A stretch of DNA of 63,399 nt, counting the filler. It is 11 parts of 11 records of this genome, joined end to end, with 100 filler letters (N's around TTAATTAATTAA, not from the genome) between each part and the next. Parts side by side here need not be neighbours in the genome. Positions count along the whole stretch, not along the records: positions 8,896 to 12,634 come from SRR20825010_4893; positions 12,735 to 19,760 come from SRR20825010_4894; positions 19,861 to 25,361 come from SRR20825010_4898; 8 more parts are not named here. The stretch is one strand, 5' to 3'. Position numbers and translations under genes: made by a program. The notes under the pieces are model-generated. The model did not search any database. It was not told the origin of the DNA and was given only the letters and a program-made list of their open reading frames with translations. Positions within the stretch are counted from its first letter, which is position 1; each line of letters opens with the position of its first letter. This document shows, one piece after another, positions 9,555 through 19,861 of this stretch.

Positions 9555-11003
9555 ATGATGGATTTGCGCCCTGTCGGTTATGTTGTCGGCCTCCTTGTGG
9601 GGGTACTGGGACTTGCCATGATCGTGCCCTTGCTGGTGGATCTGGCCGAAGGCCGCGGCCATGGCATCGTCTTTGTCGAAGCCGGGCTGATCACCACCGC
9701 AGCAGGCGGCATGATGGCGCTGGCCTGCGCAAACGGGGTCCGGCAGGGGCTGACGATCCAGCAGACCTTTATTTTGACCACCGGCGTCTGGGTCATGCTG
9801 CCGATCTTCGGTGCCTTGCCCTTCATGCTGGGCGAAACCCAGTCCAGTTTCACCAATGCGGTATTCGAGGCGATGTCGGGGCTGACCACGACAGGGGCCA
9901 CGGTGCTGACCGGGCTGGACGCGCTGCCCAAGGGGCTGCTGCTGTGGCGCGGCATCCTGCAATGGCTGGGCGGGATCGGTATCATCGTCGTGGCCATGGT
10001 GTTCCTGCCCGAACTCAAGGTCGGGGGCATGCAGATTTTCAAATCCGAAGCCTTTGACACCTTTGGTAAGATCCTGCCCCGCGCGGGGCAGATCGCCACC
10101 CAGATCGCGGTGATCTACCTGTGGCTGACGGTGGCCTGCGTGCTGAGCTATCTGGCGCTTGGGCTGAACACATTCGATGCCACCGTGCATGCGCTGACCA
10201 CGATTTCAACCGGGGGTTTCGCCAATTACGATGCCTCTTTCGGGCAATTCGCCGGGGCACCGGAATATGTTGCCAGCGTCTTCATGATCCTCGCAGCGCT
10301 GCCTTTCGTGCGCTATGTGCAACTGGTCAACGGCAACCCGCTGGCCTTGCAGCGCGACCCCCAGGTGCGGGGCTTTGTGCTGACCATTTCAGTGCTGGTT
10401 CTGGTGGTCTTTCTGACCCTGCAACACGTCTTTCCAAACCACTGGGAGCAGAGCTTTCGCGAAGCGCTGTTCAACATCACCTCGATCATTTCCGGCACCG
10501 GCTATGCCTCTGTCGATTACATGACCTGGGGGCCGTTTGCCGTGGCCCTGTTCTTTTTCATCGGGCTGATCGGGGGCTGCGCGGGGTCCACTGCCTGTTC
10601 GATCAAGATTTTCCGCTATCAGCTTCTGTTTGCCTCGATCCGCGCGCAGCTGGGGCGCATCCGGTCGCCCCATGCCATCTTTACCCCGCGCTATGACGGG
10701 CGGCCCGTGGGGCCGGATGTGCTGTCTTCGGTGATGTCCTTCTTCATGTTCTTCGTGGTGACACTGGGCCTTGTGTCCGTGGCGCTGAGCATGACCGGGC
10801 TGGATTTCGTGACCTCGGTGTCCGGGGCCGGGGCGGCACTGGCCAACATCGGCCCCGGTCTGGGCGACATCATCGGGCCTGCGGGCAATTTCAGCACCCT
10901 GAACGATGCCGCCAAATGGATCTTGATCTTCGCCATGCTGCTGGGCCGGTTGGAGCTCATGGTGGTCTACGTTTTGTTTACCGTAAGTTTCTGGAGGGCC
11001 TGA
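9555..11003 (+). CDS. trkH: TrkH potassium uptake membrane protein
   Basis: FEAMSGLTTTGATV, STGGFANY, GGCAGST, LANIGPGLG, LGRLE motifs. Confidence 0.95.
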   Translation: MMDLRPVGYVVGLLVGVLGLAMIVPLLVDLAEGRGHGIVFVEAGLITTAAGGMMALACANGVRQGLTIQQTFILTTGVWVMLPIFGALPFMLGETQSSFTNAVFEAMSGLTTTGATVLTGLDALPKGLLLWRGILQWLGGIGIIVVAMVFLPELKVGGMQIFKSEAFDTFGKILPRAGQIATQIAVIYLWLTVACVLSYLALGLNTFDATVHALTTISTGGFANYDASFGQFAGAPEYVASVFMILAALPFVRYVQLVNGNPLALQRDPQVRGFVLTISVLVLVVFLTLQHVFPNHWEQSFREALFNITSIISGTGYASVDYMTWGPFAVALFFFIGLIGGCAGSTACSIKIFRYQLLFASIRAQLGRIRSPHAIFTPRYDGRPVGPDVLSSVMSFFMFFVVTLGLVSVALSMTGLDFVTSVSGAGAALANIGPGLGDIIGPAGNFSTLNDAAKWILIFAMLLGRLELMVVYVLFTVSFWRA

Positions 11004-12601
11004 TGGCTGATACGACAACGCGACCCTTGGGTGCGCAGATTTCCCATATGCTCAAGGATCGGGGCGTTGATGTGATCTTTGGCATTCCGGGGGTGCACAA
11101 CCAGGAAATGTACCGTGGCATCGAGGAAGCGGGCATCACCCATGTGCTGGCGCGCCACGAACAGGGGGCGGGGTTCATGGCTGACGGCTATGCCCGTGCC
11201 ACGGGCAAACCGGGTGTGGCCTATGTCATTACCGGGCCGGGGCTGTGCAACATCATGACGCCGATGGGACAGGCCTATAGCGACTCGGTGCCGATGCTGG
11301 TGATCTCGTCCTGTCTGGACGAACTGGCAGCACGGCGCGGCCAGTTGCACCAGATGAAAGACCAGCGCGGCGCGGCAGAAACCGTGTGCGACTGGTCGGA
11401 GGAGGCGCGCACCGCAGAGGCGGCCTATGCGCTGGTCGACAGGGCATGGGCCGAGTTCAGCGCAAGCCGCCCACGCCCCAAACATATCCAGGTGCCGATT
11501 GCACAGCTTGAGGCGACGGCGCCCGCCGCGCCCCGGCCCATGCGGCAGACCCCGATTGCCGGGGGCACGCCCATGGATGTTGAAAAGGCGCAGCGGCTGC
11601 TGGCCGGGGCGCGCAAACCGCTGTTCATATTTGGCGGCGGCGCGCGTGCGGGGGCTGACGCGGCCCGCAAGCTGGTACGCCATCTGGGCGCGGCCAGCTT
11701 TACCACCTATGCCGGGCGGGGGATCATCGACCCCGATGCACCGCTGCATTTCGGCAGCTATCTGGCGCGGCCCGACAGCGCCGCTGTGATCGCGCAGTCG
11801 GATGCCGTGATCGCCGTCGGCACGGAACTGGCCGAGGTGGATCTGTGGCGTGCGCAGCTTGGGCATACCGCGCCGATGCTCCGGGTCGATCTGGATACCG
11901 AAAGCCTTACGGACCCGGCCCGCGCGGAGTGGCATGTGCAGTCGGATGCCGCGGATTTCCTCTCTGCCCTGCACGGAGCCGTCGCAACCGACGCGCCCGG
12001 CGACAGCGGTTGGACCGTGGAGGAGGTCGCCCGCGCCCGCCTGAAATGGCGTGTGGAAGTGGATGCGGAATATCCCGGTGTCCTGCGGGTGGCCGAGGCG
12101 TTGCAGGGCTGCTTGCCGCAGGATGCCATGATCTATTCGGACATGACGCAGTTTGCCTATGCCGCGAAGGAGGTTTGGAACATGGCCCGTCCGAACCACT
12201 GGCACCATCCATACGGCTTTGGCACGCTGGGGTACGCCTTGCCTGCTGCCATCGGCGGGGCCGTCGCACGGCAGGGCAAGCCCACACTGGCGATCATGGG
12301 GGACTACGGGTTCCATTATACCATGGCCGAACTGGGTGTGGCGGTGGAGTTGGGGCTGCCGATCCCGATCATCCTGTGGGACAACGCAAAACTGGGCGCG
12401 ATCGAGGCCAGCATGATCGGCGCGCAAATTGCGCCCAATGCGGTCATCGCGCGCAATCCTGATTTCATGAAACTGGCCGAGGCATTTGGCGCGGGCGCGG
12501 AGCGGCCAGCGCGCCTGTCAGAGATGCAGGAGGCTGTAACGGCGGCATTCCAGGCCGATGGCCCGACGCTGATCTACGTCACACCCGACATCGCGGACTG
12601 A
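11003..12601 (+). CDS. ThDP-dependent enzyme, 5-guanidino-2-oxopentanoate decarboxylase (AruI)-like
   Basis: FGIPGVHN, RHEQGAGFMADGYARATG, GFGTLGYALPAAIG and ThDP motif GDYG...WDN; start overlaps trkH stop (TGATG). Confidence 0.8.
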   Translation: MADTTTRPLGAQISHMLKDRGVDVIFGIPGVHNQEMYRGIEEAGITHVLARHEQGAGFMADGYARATGKPGVAYVITGPGLCNIMTPMGQAYSDSVPMLVISSCLDELAARRGQLHQMKDQRGAAETVCDWSEEARTAEAAYALVDRAWAEFSASRPRPKHIQVPIAQLEATAPAAPRPMRQTPIAGGTPMDVEKAQRLLAGARKPLFIFGGGARAGADAARKLVRHLGAASFTTYAGRGIIDPDAPLHFGSYLARPDSAAVIAQSDAVIAVGTELAEVDLWRAQLGHTAPMLRVDLDTESLTDPARAEWHVQSDAADFLSALHGAVATDAPGDSGWTVEEVARARLKWRVEVDAEYPGVLRVAEALQGCLPQDAMIYSDMTQFAYAAKEVWNMARPNHWHHPYGFGTLGYALPAAIGGAVARQGKPTLAIMGDYGFHYTMAELGVAVELGLPIPIILWDNAKLGAIEASMIGAQIAPNAVIARNPDFMKLAEAFGAGAERPARLSEMQEAVTAAFQADGPTLIYVTPDIAD

Positions 12602-12634
12602 GGAGATTTTTTTGAAAAAATCGGGTCGGAGTTT

Positions 12635-12734
12635 NNNNNNNNNNNNNNNNNNNNNNNNNNNNNNNNNNNNNNNNNNNNTTAATTAATTAANNNNNNNNNN
12701 NNNNNNNNNNNNNNNNNNNNNNNNNNNNNNNNNN
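12635..12734. other. Artificial contig linker
   Basis: N44-TTAATTAATTAA-N44. Confidence 0.99.
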
Positions 12735-12735
12735 T

Positions 12736-14085
12736 GACGCGATCTGTGCCACCGGGCGTTCGGATTATCCGAACCAGATCAATAACGTGCTGGGCTTCCC
12801 GTACATCTTCCGCGGGGCACTTGATGTTCAGGCATCAACGATTAACGAAGAAATGAAAATTGCCGCTGCCCATGCGGTGGCGTCGCTGGCGCGAGAAGAC
12901 GTGCCTGATGAAGTAGCTGCGGCCTATTCCGGGCGTCGTTTGCAATATGGCCCGGAATATATCATTCCGGCCCCGTTTGATCCGCGTTTGATTATTGCCA
13001 TTCCCAAGGCAGTTGCGCAGGCGGCAATGGACAGCGGTGTTGCCCGTCGCCCGATCATTGATATGGCGGAATATGAAAACCAGCTGCGCGGTCGACTTGA
13101 TCCAACTGCGGCCCACCTGCAGCTGATTTCTGATTATGTGCGTGCACATCCGAAACGAATTGCCTTTGCCGAGGGCGAAGAAGAAACCGTTATTCGTGCA
13201 GCTGTTGCCTATCGCAATTCGGGCTATGGCACGCCGATCCTGATTGGCCGTGAAGATCGCATTCATGAAAGTGCCAAAAATCTTGGTATTGAAAGCCTTG
13301 AAGGTGTCGAGATCAGCAATGCGGCATTGTCCAAGAACAACACGGAATATGCTGAATTCATGTATGAACGTCTGCAGCGTAAAGGCTATCTGTGGCGCGA
13401 TTGTCAGCGCATGGTGAACCAGAAGCGTAACGTTTTTGCCTCCGTCATGGTGGCAAAGGGGCATGCGGACGGCATGATCACGGGCCTGACCCGAAACTTC
13501 AACCGCAGCTTTACCGATATTGCCAGCGTGATTGATGCCAAGGCGGGCGAAATCCCGATGGGGCTGTCGATTGCGATTGCCAAGGGGCGGACGGTGTTTA
13601 TTGCCGATACCCGGGTGCATAACCTTCCAAATGCGGAACAGCTTGCCGAGATTGCCATTCAGGCCGCGGAAAAAGCCCGTCAGCTTGGCCATGAGCCGCG
13701 CGTGGCACTTGTGTCACATTCGACCTTTGGCAATCCTTACAGCGAAGATACCGACCGTATCCGCGAGGCTGTTGGTATCCTGGAGCGTAGGGACGTTGAT
13801 TTCGAGTTTGATGGTGACATGGCTGTGGACGTCGCCCTCGATACCGAACTTCTGAAGCTTTATCCGTTCTGCCGTCTGTCTGGCCCGGCCAATGTTCTGG
13901 TCATGCCGGCCCTGCATGCGGCAACCACGGCGTCCAAGCTTCTTGATAAGCTTGGTGGTGGTACGGTGGTTGGTCCGGTGATGATTGGTCTGGAAAAACC
14001 GGCCCAGATCGCACAGATGGGGGCGACGGTGAACGATCTTGTGAACCTTGCAGCCCTTGCTGCGCATGAGGCTGAGCACGGCTAA
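12736..14085 (+). CDS. maeB: NADP-dependent malic enzyme with phosphotransacetylase-like domain (5'-partial)
   Basis: ATGRSDYPNQINNVLGFPYIFRGALDV followed by a PTA-like domain (RIAFAEGEE, FIADT, ANVLVMP). Confidence 0.95.
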   Translation, partial: DAICATGRSDYPNQINNVLGFPYIFRGALDVQASTINEEMKIAAAHAVASLAREDVPDEVAAAYSGRRLQYGPEYIIPAPFDPRLIIAIPKAVAQAAMDSGVARRPIIDMAEYENQLRGRLDPTAAHLQLISDYVRAHPKRIAFAEGEEETVIRAAVAYRNSGYGTPILIGREDRIHESAKNLGIESLEGVEISNAALSKNNTEYAEFMYERLQRKGYLWRDCQRMVNQKRNVFASVMVAKGHADGMITGLTRNFNRSFTDIASVIDAKAGEIPMGLSIAIAKGRTVFIADTRVHNLPNAEQLAEIAIQAAEKARQLGHEPRVALVSHSTFGNPYSEDTDRIREAVGILERRDVDFEFDGDMAVDVALDTELLKLYPFCRLSGPANVLVMPALHAATTASKLLDKLGGGTVVGPVMIGLEKPAQIAQMGATVNDLVNLAALAAHEAEHG

Positions 14086-14106
14086 GGCTAGCTTTTCGGA
14101 ACGTTG

Positions 14107-14144
14107 AAAATGGCGGGGATGCTTGGGCAGTCTCCGCCATTTTT
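14107..14144 (+). terminator. Intrinsic terminator after maeB
   Basis: AAAATGGCGGGGA...TCTCCGCCATTTTT hairpin. Confidence 0.7.
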
Positions 14145-14327
14145 GTATGGCTATCGTGGATCGCTTTTAAGCAAACTCCATGACATTTATTTCTGAACAA
14201 AATGCATTGATCGGGGTTTGGATGGTCATTTGGTGAAGTGTGGTTGCATTTGACCTGATTTTTGCCACATGATTTGATCATAAGGCTGGCATGTCCGCCA
14301 TTTTACCAAGAGATTAGGAAATATCTT

Positions 14328-14789
14328 ATGGGCCAGATGACCCGATTTCTCGCTGTTTTTATGTTTTTCCCGTTTCTTGCGGCTTGCGAAGACGAACAGG
14401 CCAGCGGGCCAAGCCCGGATGAAATTACCACGGCCGTCATCGAGCGGTTTCGCGATGATCCTTATGCCAAGGTCGGGCATGTTGAAAATGTCAGCAAGAC
14501 CAACAGCATTTCCGAGAATGATGACGAGGTCATCGTTATGGTCAGCTATGAACTTGTTTTTGATCGGACTGTATCGGATTTCGCCGATGACGTAACCGAA
14601 CGGGGCAAGGCAGCCGGTTCGATGGATGATGTTGGCGATACCGTCAGCGATGCAATTGATCTGGTGAAAACCAAAATGTTGGCGATGAAGGAAGGCGACT
14701 TCAAAGCCGGTGACCGTCGCATCGTTGAAAACGAAATTCGGTTGCTGAAATCCGAAAACGGCTGGATTTATCGCAAGGGCGCTCAATAG
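14328..14789 (+). CDS. Hypothetical lipoprotein
   Basis: MGQMTRFLAVFMFFPFLAAC lipobox; AGGA upstream. Confidence 0.75.
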   Translation: MGQMTRFLAVFMFFPFLAACEDEQASGPSPDEITTAVIERFRDDPYAKVGHVENVSKTNSISENDDEVIVMVSYELVFDRTVSDFADDVTERGKAAGSMDDVGDTVSDAIDLVKTKMLAMKEGDFKAGDRRIVENEIRLLKSENGWIYRKGAQ

Positions 14790-14824
14790 AGCGATCTGTC
14801 TTGATCCAGTGTGAGAAGGTCATG

Positions 14825-14851
14825 AAAAAAGGGATCCAGATGGATCCCTTT
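14825..14851. terminator. Bidirectional terminator between convergent genes
   Basis: AAAAAAGGGATCCA-GA-TGGATCCCTTT perfect stem flanked by A and T tracts. Confidence 0.75.
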
Positions 14852-14878
14852 CTGTGTATGTGGCTTAAGCGCGCTAGA

Positions 14879-15877
14879 TCAGTCTTCCAGCGATGCCAGA
14901 ACCTTTGGCGGGGGTGGCACATCGCCAGCCGCGAAATCAAGCCCATCAAGCTCGTTCAGGCCGTTAACGCGCATGATCGCATGCAGGCTGTCGACATATT
15001 CTTCGCCGCGCTCGGAATATTTGGTCAGGGTTTCAGCCAGATCCCAACCGCTGATCAGATCACCGTTTGCACGAAGTGTCGCGCGACGTTCACGCAAGCT
15101 TTGATACGCCGGATGGGAATTGATGTTACGTGCATAGGCACGCACGCTGTCCATCAGGCTGCCAAATGCCTTGATCACGTGGGTTTTGCCATCTTCGCGG
15201 TCTTTTGGAACGATGCCTTCGTCATCCCCCCAGGCCCATTGACCAAACAGCGCATTGCCCGTGCGGACAAAGCGCGATGTTCCCCAGCCGCTTTCTTCAG
15301 CAGATTGGGCAAGGATCAGCGAGGTTGGAATAAGGTCAATGCGTTCAAGCAGGGCCGTAACGCCACCATCGGTCACACGATAGCGCTTCATGAGTTGATC
15401 AACCCATTTCTGATCGCTTGCACTGACCGGGATACCGGAAATACCTTTGGCCTGAATCGCCATCAGGCGATCGCGGCGCGCACCAATTTCCTCATTCACC
15501 CGCATGGCCAGCGGCAGCATGATACGCAGGAACAGCGTTTTGCGCTCGTCTACGGATGCCAGCTCGTCAAGGCCTTTGGGAACGCGCTTGATATAAACGC
15601 GCGGAACTTCGGTGACGTCGTTCAGGCTGTAACCGATGCTTTTGAAATACTGGTTCAGGGCGACGACTTCTGGTCCGCGCCGGAAAACCGGTTTTTTCTT
15701 TTTAACAACGGGACTGTCACCGTCTGTAACGTCCGTAACGATTGGCTCGTTACCGAAGCCAACCGGTGTAGGCGAAACATCAATTCCGGAAAATATACCG
15801 ATATACAGTAAACCGATTGCTCCGAAGACCGAAGCAAGCACAAATTTCCGGTAATTCCCTGTTTTTGCGCTACTCAT
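14879..15877 (-). CDS. Bax-like glucosaminidase domain protein
   Basis: ERKTLFLRIMLP, LILAQSAEESGWGTSRF...GNALFGQW, NINSHPAY, YSERGEEY; N-terminal membrane anchor. Confidence 0.88.
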   Translation of the reverse strand: MSSAKTGNYRKFVLASVFGAIGLLYIGIFSGIDVSPTPVGFGNEPIVTDVTDGDSPVVKKKKPVFRRGPEVVALNQYFKSIGYSLNDVTEVPRVYIKRVPKGLDELASVDERKTLFLRIMLPLAMRVNEEIGARRDRLMAIQAKGISGIPVSASDQKWVDQLMKRYRVTDGGVTALLERIDLIPTSLILAQSAEESGWGTSRFVRTGNALFGQWAWGDDEGIVPKDREDGKTHVIKAFGSLMDSVRAYARNINSHPAYQSLRERRATLRANGDLISGWDLAETLTKYSERGEEYVDSLHAIMRVNGLNELDGLDFAAGDVPPPPKVLASLED

Positions 15878-16018
15878 TGTTTTCTCTCCAGGATCAGCAA
15901 CACTGTCCATCCCAAGTGGAGGTTATCTATGCCCGTCGCAGCCACGGATCGCAACGGACAAAATCCCTAAAAGTTGAAAACGCCGAGCAATCCTTCTCGT
16001 TCGGCGCAAAATAAGAAC

Positions 16019-16048
16019 GCCCGGCGCACTGAAAAGTTTGCGCCGGGC
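16019..16048 (-). terminator. Probable terminator after the NifU-family gene
   Basis: GCCCGGCGCA...TGCGCCGGGC 10-bp inverted repeat. Confidence 0.6.
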
Positions 16049-16074
16049 TTGCAAATTTTTAACGACTCGAAAGA

Positions 16075-16644
16075 TCAGTCGGCCATGACGGGTTCGACGG
16101 ATTGCACTTCAGGCACATAATAGCGCAGCATGTTTTCGATACCCATTTTCAGGGTCGCGGTGCTGCTTGGGCAGCCTGAACATGCGCCGTGCATTTCAAG
16201 GAAAACCACACCATCTTCGAATTTGTGGAAGACGATATCGCCACCATCCTGCGCAACGGCCGGCCGGACGCGGGTATCAAGAAGTTCCTTGATCTGGGTG
16301 ACCAGTTCGTTATCGCCTTCGGCAGCGGTGCTGGCACCGGTTGCGGCATCGGAGTTTTGGTCAAGAACCGCCTGGCCCGAGGTGTAATGTTCCATGATCC
16401 CGCCAAGAATCTGCGGTTTCAGGGTTTGCCAGTCTTTGGAGTCGTCCTTGGTGATGGTGATGAAATCACCGCCGAGGAAGACACCGGCAATGCCATCAAC
16501 TTCAAACAGCTTGCGGGCAAGCGGTGATTTGACGGCTTCGTCACCTTTAACGAAGTTGGCGGTGCCAAGACGGCCCATCACTTCTTCACCCGGCAGGAAT
16601 TTGAGTGTGGCCGGATTCGGGGTCGGTTCGGTTTGAATGAACAT
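16075..16644 (-). CDS. NifU/Nfu-type Fe-S cluster carrier
   Basis: MFIQTEPTPNPATLKFLPG, VRPAVAQDGGDI, GACSGCPSS. Confidence 0.95.
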   Translation of the reverse strand: MFIQTEPTPNPATLKFLPGEEVMGRLGTANFVKGDEAVKSPLARKLFEVDGIAGVFLGGDFITITKDDSKDWQTLKPQILGGIMEHYTSGQAVLDQNSDAATGASTAAEGDNELVTQIKELLDTRVRPAVAQDGGDIVFHKFEDGVVFLEMHGACSGCPSSTATLKMGIENMLRYYVPEVQSVEPVMAD

Positions 16645-16808
16645 GGTCGGCGTGTCCTCTCACTCTGATTGCCGGGGCGAATGTGCGCCCGCTCAGCAAT
16701 CTGCATTTCATTTGGTTAGGCCCTAAATGGGGCAAAAAGTAGAAAAGATCAAGTCGCAGCGCGCAAGTCAGGTATTCGCCAGCGGTGCAAGTGTGATCAA
16801 AATGACCC

Positions 16809-17783
16809 TTAACGCTGCAGGATACTGCTGATCTCACGCATTTGGGTGCGGGCACGCAAAAGATAGAAACCAAGTCCTGCCAAATGGTTGGGAAAAATAA
16901 TGCCATCCGCCGATCCATTAACGACGACAAGTGGATCAAGCGCGGCTGCAGATTGAAGGGATCCGACCATTTCTGCCCAAGCCGGGGCAATTTGCCGTTC
17001 ATTAATGATCTGTTCGAAGTCGGTCCCCAGATCACGCAGGATCAGGCTGTAGGCATAAAGGCGCCCCTTGGTGGCATAAAACACGTCATCGGCAGTGCGG
17101 TCAAAGATCGACGGGGCATCGACCTTATCGTCAAGCAGAGCGGATGCCGATCCAAGGTCATTGGCAAACCGGTTCAGGGTTTCTTGCAGATTATCGGCAC
17201 GGCGTTCAAACACCGCGTTTCCGTCAATCAGGCGCTTGTTATAATTTTCCAGCGATCTGATGGCCTGACGGTATTGCTGTTCGGACGTGACACCGGGCAA
17301 AAGCGATACACTTGGGTCAAACACCCATTTGTCACCGCGGAATTTCAACAGGCCAGCCGCATCATCAAGGTCTGGATCCACCTGACTTGAACCACGGGTT
17401 CGACCGATCTGATCGGACAGTTCAATGGAAAAGCGCGACAGGGCGTAGACGATACCGGTCTGGAAATTCGGCATGTTATCAAGTGCAGAGCCCGGCAGGA
17501 AAAACGGATCGTTTGCGGTCCAACGGTTCTGGTTGACTTCACGGTCAATAAGGCCAGCAGCAGTGCTGACAGCGTGGCTACCGCCATGGTACTTGCCAAC
17601 AAAATCGGGATTGTCGTCAATGCGATGGACCAGCGCCATGCCAGCTGGATAATAGATCACAGCAATTAGGACGATGACAGCAAGGCTGCGCAACCAGAAT
17701 TTGCCCGATCCGAAAACAGCTTTCAGACGCGATCCAAAACCCGCGATACCACCTTTTTTATACAGATAATCGTCTTCAATCAT
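16809..17783 (-). CDS. DUF2333 family protein
   Basis: LDNMPNFQTG, IGRTRGSSQVDPDL, DDVFYATKG, PLVVVNG...PNHL. Confidence 0.85.
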   Translation of the reverse strand: MIEDDYLYKKGGIAGFGSRLKAVFGSGKFWLRSLAVIVLIAVIYYPAGMALVHRIDDNPDFVGKYHGGSHAVSTAAGLIDREVNQNRWTANDPFFLPGSALDNMPNFQTGIVYALSRFSIELSDQIGRTRGSSQVDPDLDDAAGLLKFRGDKWVFDPSVSLLPGVTSEQQYRQAIRSLENYNKRLIDGNAVFERRADNLQETLNRFANDLGSASALLDDKVDAPSIFDRTADDVFYATKGRLYAYSLILRDLGTDFEQIINERQIAPAWAEMVGSLQSAAALDPLVVVNGSADGIIFPNHLAGLGFYLLRARTQMREISSILQR

Positions 17784-17852
17784 GACCTGTCCTGTGAATT
17801 AATCTGGCAATTGAACCTAGGGTGTCAGTGCCCAAACGGCAAGTGCATGATT

Positions 17853-18395
17853 TCACTGAGTGATGGTTATGAATGTTTCGTACTGTACCAGACCCAAAAG
17901 GGTCTCAAGGTCTTTTTCGGCCAATGCAACACAGCCTTCGGTACCGCTATAGTCAGGTTTGGCGATATGCATGAAGATTGCAGAGCCCTTTCCGGGGACC
18001 GGCGGGGCATCATTGTGACCCAGAACAACGACGATGTTATAGAGATGGTCATCACGGTAAAGTTTTTCGTGGCTGCCCTTAAAAGGTAGCCGCACCGGGC
18101 AGTTATAAGCCGGGTGCTTGGGATCATCGCACCAGCCATCGGAAAACGAAATGGTGGTCACCGGTAGTTTGGTCCGTGGACACGCCCGACGGTCTGCGCG
18201 GTACATGACATAGCGCAACTGCCAGCGCCCGGCGGGTGTTTTACCATCGCCTTCGGTCTTGGTTTGGGCATCGGTAATCCCGTTGATCCCGAGCGCACAG
18301 CGGAACTCATAGTCGCCCACGCGCAAAATGCCATCCGCCGAGACCGTAATCTCGAACGGGTGGGGCATCGAATGTGCGATTGCGTCGCTATGCAT
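17853..18395 (-). CDS. L,D-transpeptidase (YkuD-like) family protein
   Basis: EGDGKTPAG, GSAIFMH...TEGCVAL (His...Cys catalytic motif). Confidence 0.88.
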   Translation of the reverse strand: MHSDAIAHSMPHPFEITVSADGILRVGDYEFRCALGINGITDAQTKTEGDGKTPAGRWQLRYVMYRADRRACPRTKLPVTTISFSDGWCDDPKHPAYNCPVRLPFKGSHEKLYRDDHLYNIVVVLGHNDAPPVPGKGSAIFMHIAKPDYSGTEGCVALAEKDLETLLGLVQYETFITITQ

Positions 18396-18626
18396 TCAAT
18401 TTGCTCCGTTGTGACATTAAGTGTGGGCCGCTTTCACAGTATTTTCGAAAGTCTCGCGTGACGAAGGTGTGAAACAACAAAGGTAAATTTGTGGCGGATT
18501 GGGAAAATCGCCAGTCATGTCACAAATGTTTGATACGGCGATTCTGGCTGTTTGGTTTTCCAGCCGGCCAAATACTGATGTCGAGCACCTGAGCGACCTT
18601 ATTGTCGGTCATTTTGGGGAAAAGTC

Positions 18627-18665
18627 AAAAAAACACCGCTCTGCCAAAAAGCTAGAGCGGTGTTT
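18627..18665 (-). terminator. Intrinsic terminator after ppa
   Basis: AAACACCGCTCT...AGAGCGGTGTTT stem; A run gives a U tail on the minus strand. Confidence 0.8.
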
Positions 18666-18693
18666 GATATTATCGTAAACGGCTTTAAGCCAA

Positions 18694-19218
18694 TTACTTG
18701 CCGAGGCGGGTCACACCTTCTTCGATCAGGCTGGCGGCTTTTTCAGCGCCTTCCCAACCGGTCACTTTAACCCATTTGCCTTTTTCGAGGTCTTTGTAGC
18801 GCTCGAAGAAGTGCTGGATCTGATCGCGCAGGATTTGCGGCAGATCTTCGTGGGATTTGATGTCGGTATAGTACGGGTCGATTTTATCATGGGGAACGCA
18901 GATCAGTTTTTCGTCCTGACCAGCTTCGTCTTCCATCATCAGCACACCGATGGGACGGGCGCGGATGACCGAACCTGCAACAACCGGCTCGCGGAACATG
19001 ACCATGGCATCAACCGGGTCACCGTCTTCGCCAAGCGTGTTGGGGATGAAGCCGTAATTAACCGGATAATACATCGAGGTATGCAAGAATCGGTCAACAA
19101 AGACCGCACCGGAGTCTTTGTCTACTTCGTACTTTACCGGTCCGCCCTGCGGAATTTCGATGACGACATTTACGTCCCACGGAACATCTTTGCCGACAGG
19201 AATCTTGTTGAGATCCAT
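18694..19218 (-). CDS. ppa: Inorganic pyrophosphatase
   Basis: KYEVDK, YPVNYGFIP, DGDPVD, DEK motifs. Confidence 0.97.
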   Translation of the reverse strand: MDLNKIPVGKDVPWDVNVVIEIPQGGPVKYEVDKDSGAVFVDRFLHTSMYYPVNYGFIPNTLGEDGDPVDAMVMFREPVVAGSVIRARPIGVLMMEDEAGQDEKLICVPHDKIDPYYTDIKSHEDLPQILRDQIQHFFERYKDLEKGKWVKVTGWEGAEKAASLIEEGVTRLGK

Positions 19219-19760
19219 CTGGGAAAATCCCTTTCGCTTTTATAAAGGCATGCCCCGAACAAAACGGGGCGGCTGTTTTCGGCTTCGGAACGGCGTAAAT
19301 CGCATCCCAAAGAGAATGATGCCGCCCTTTTATCGTGAAATGTCGCAGCTTCCAAGGGGGTGCGCATGCATCCTTGGTCGAAAGTCAGGCAATCTCTTTT
19401 TCAGCTTGCGATGAGGGGGCCTTTTTGACCGAACCATTCTGGTCGTTAACGGCCGATGGCAGATAGCGTTTTGGGTCATTGAGAAGGTGCTCATTAAACC
19501 GGTGCCAGTTGCTTGCACCATCACCGCCTTCGTGACGCTGGGCAATTTTTCGATCATGGAAAAGATGCAGAACGGGCGAGCAATATTCGACATTCTTGCG
19601 TTTCAGGCCGGATCGCAACAGGCGCAGGACAAAGTCTGAATCTTCCCAGCCATGCCCTTGATATGCTTCGTCAAAGCCGTGAATCTTGTCAATATCTGCT
19701 TTGAAAACCCCAAGGTTACAAGTTTGTGCCTTGCGCCAGCATTTTTCATGCTCCCACAGC

Positions 19761-19860
19761 NNNNNNNNNNNNNNNNNNNNNNNNNNNNNNNNNNNNNNNN
19801 NNNNTTAATTAATTAANNNNNNNNNNNNNNNNNNNNNNNNNNNNNNNNNNNNNNNNNNNN
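19761..19860. other. Artificial contig linker
   Basis: N44-TTAATTAATTAA-N44. Confidence 0.99.
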
Positions 19861-19861
19861 T

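Noticed and set aside
14801-15811. 336-aa plus-strand ORF
   Set aside because: Antisense shadow of the Bax-like gene
19219-19760. ~540-nt region upstream of ppa with several short ORFs
   Set aside because: No convincing RBS, motif or recognisable RNA structure; truncated by the contig end
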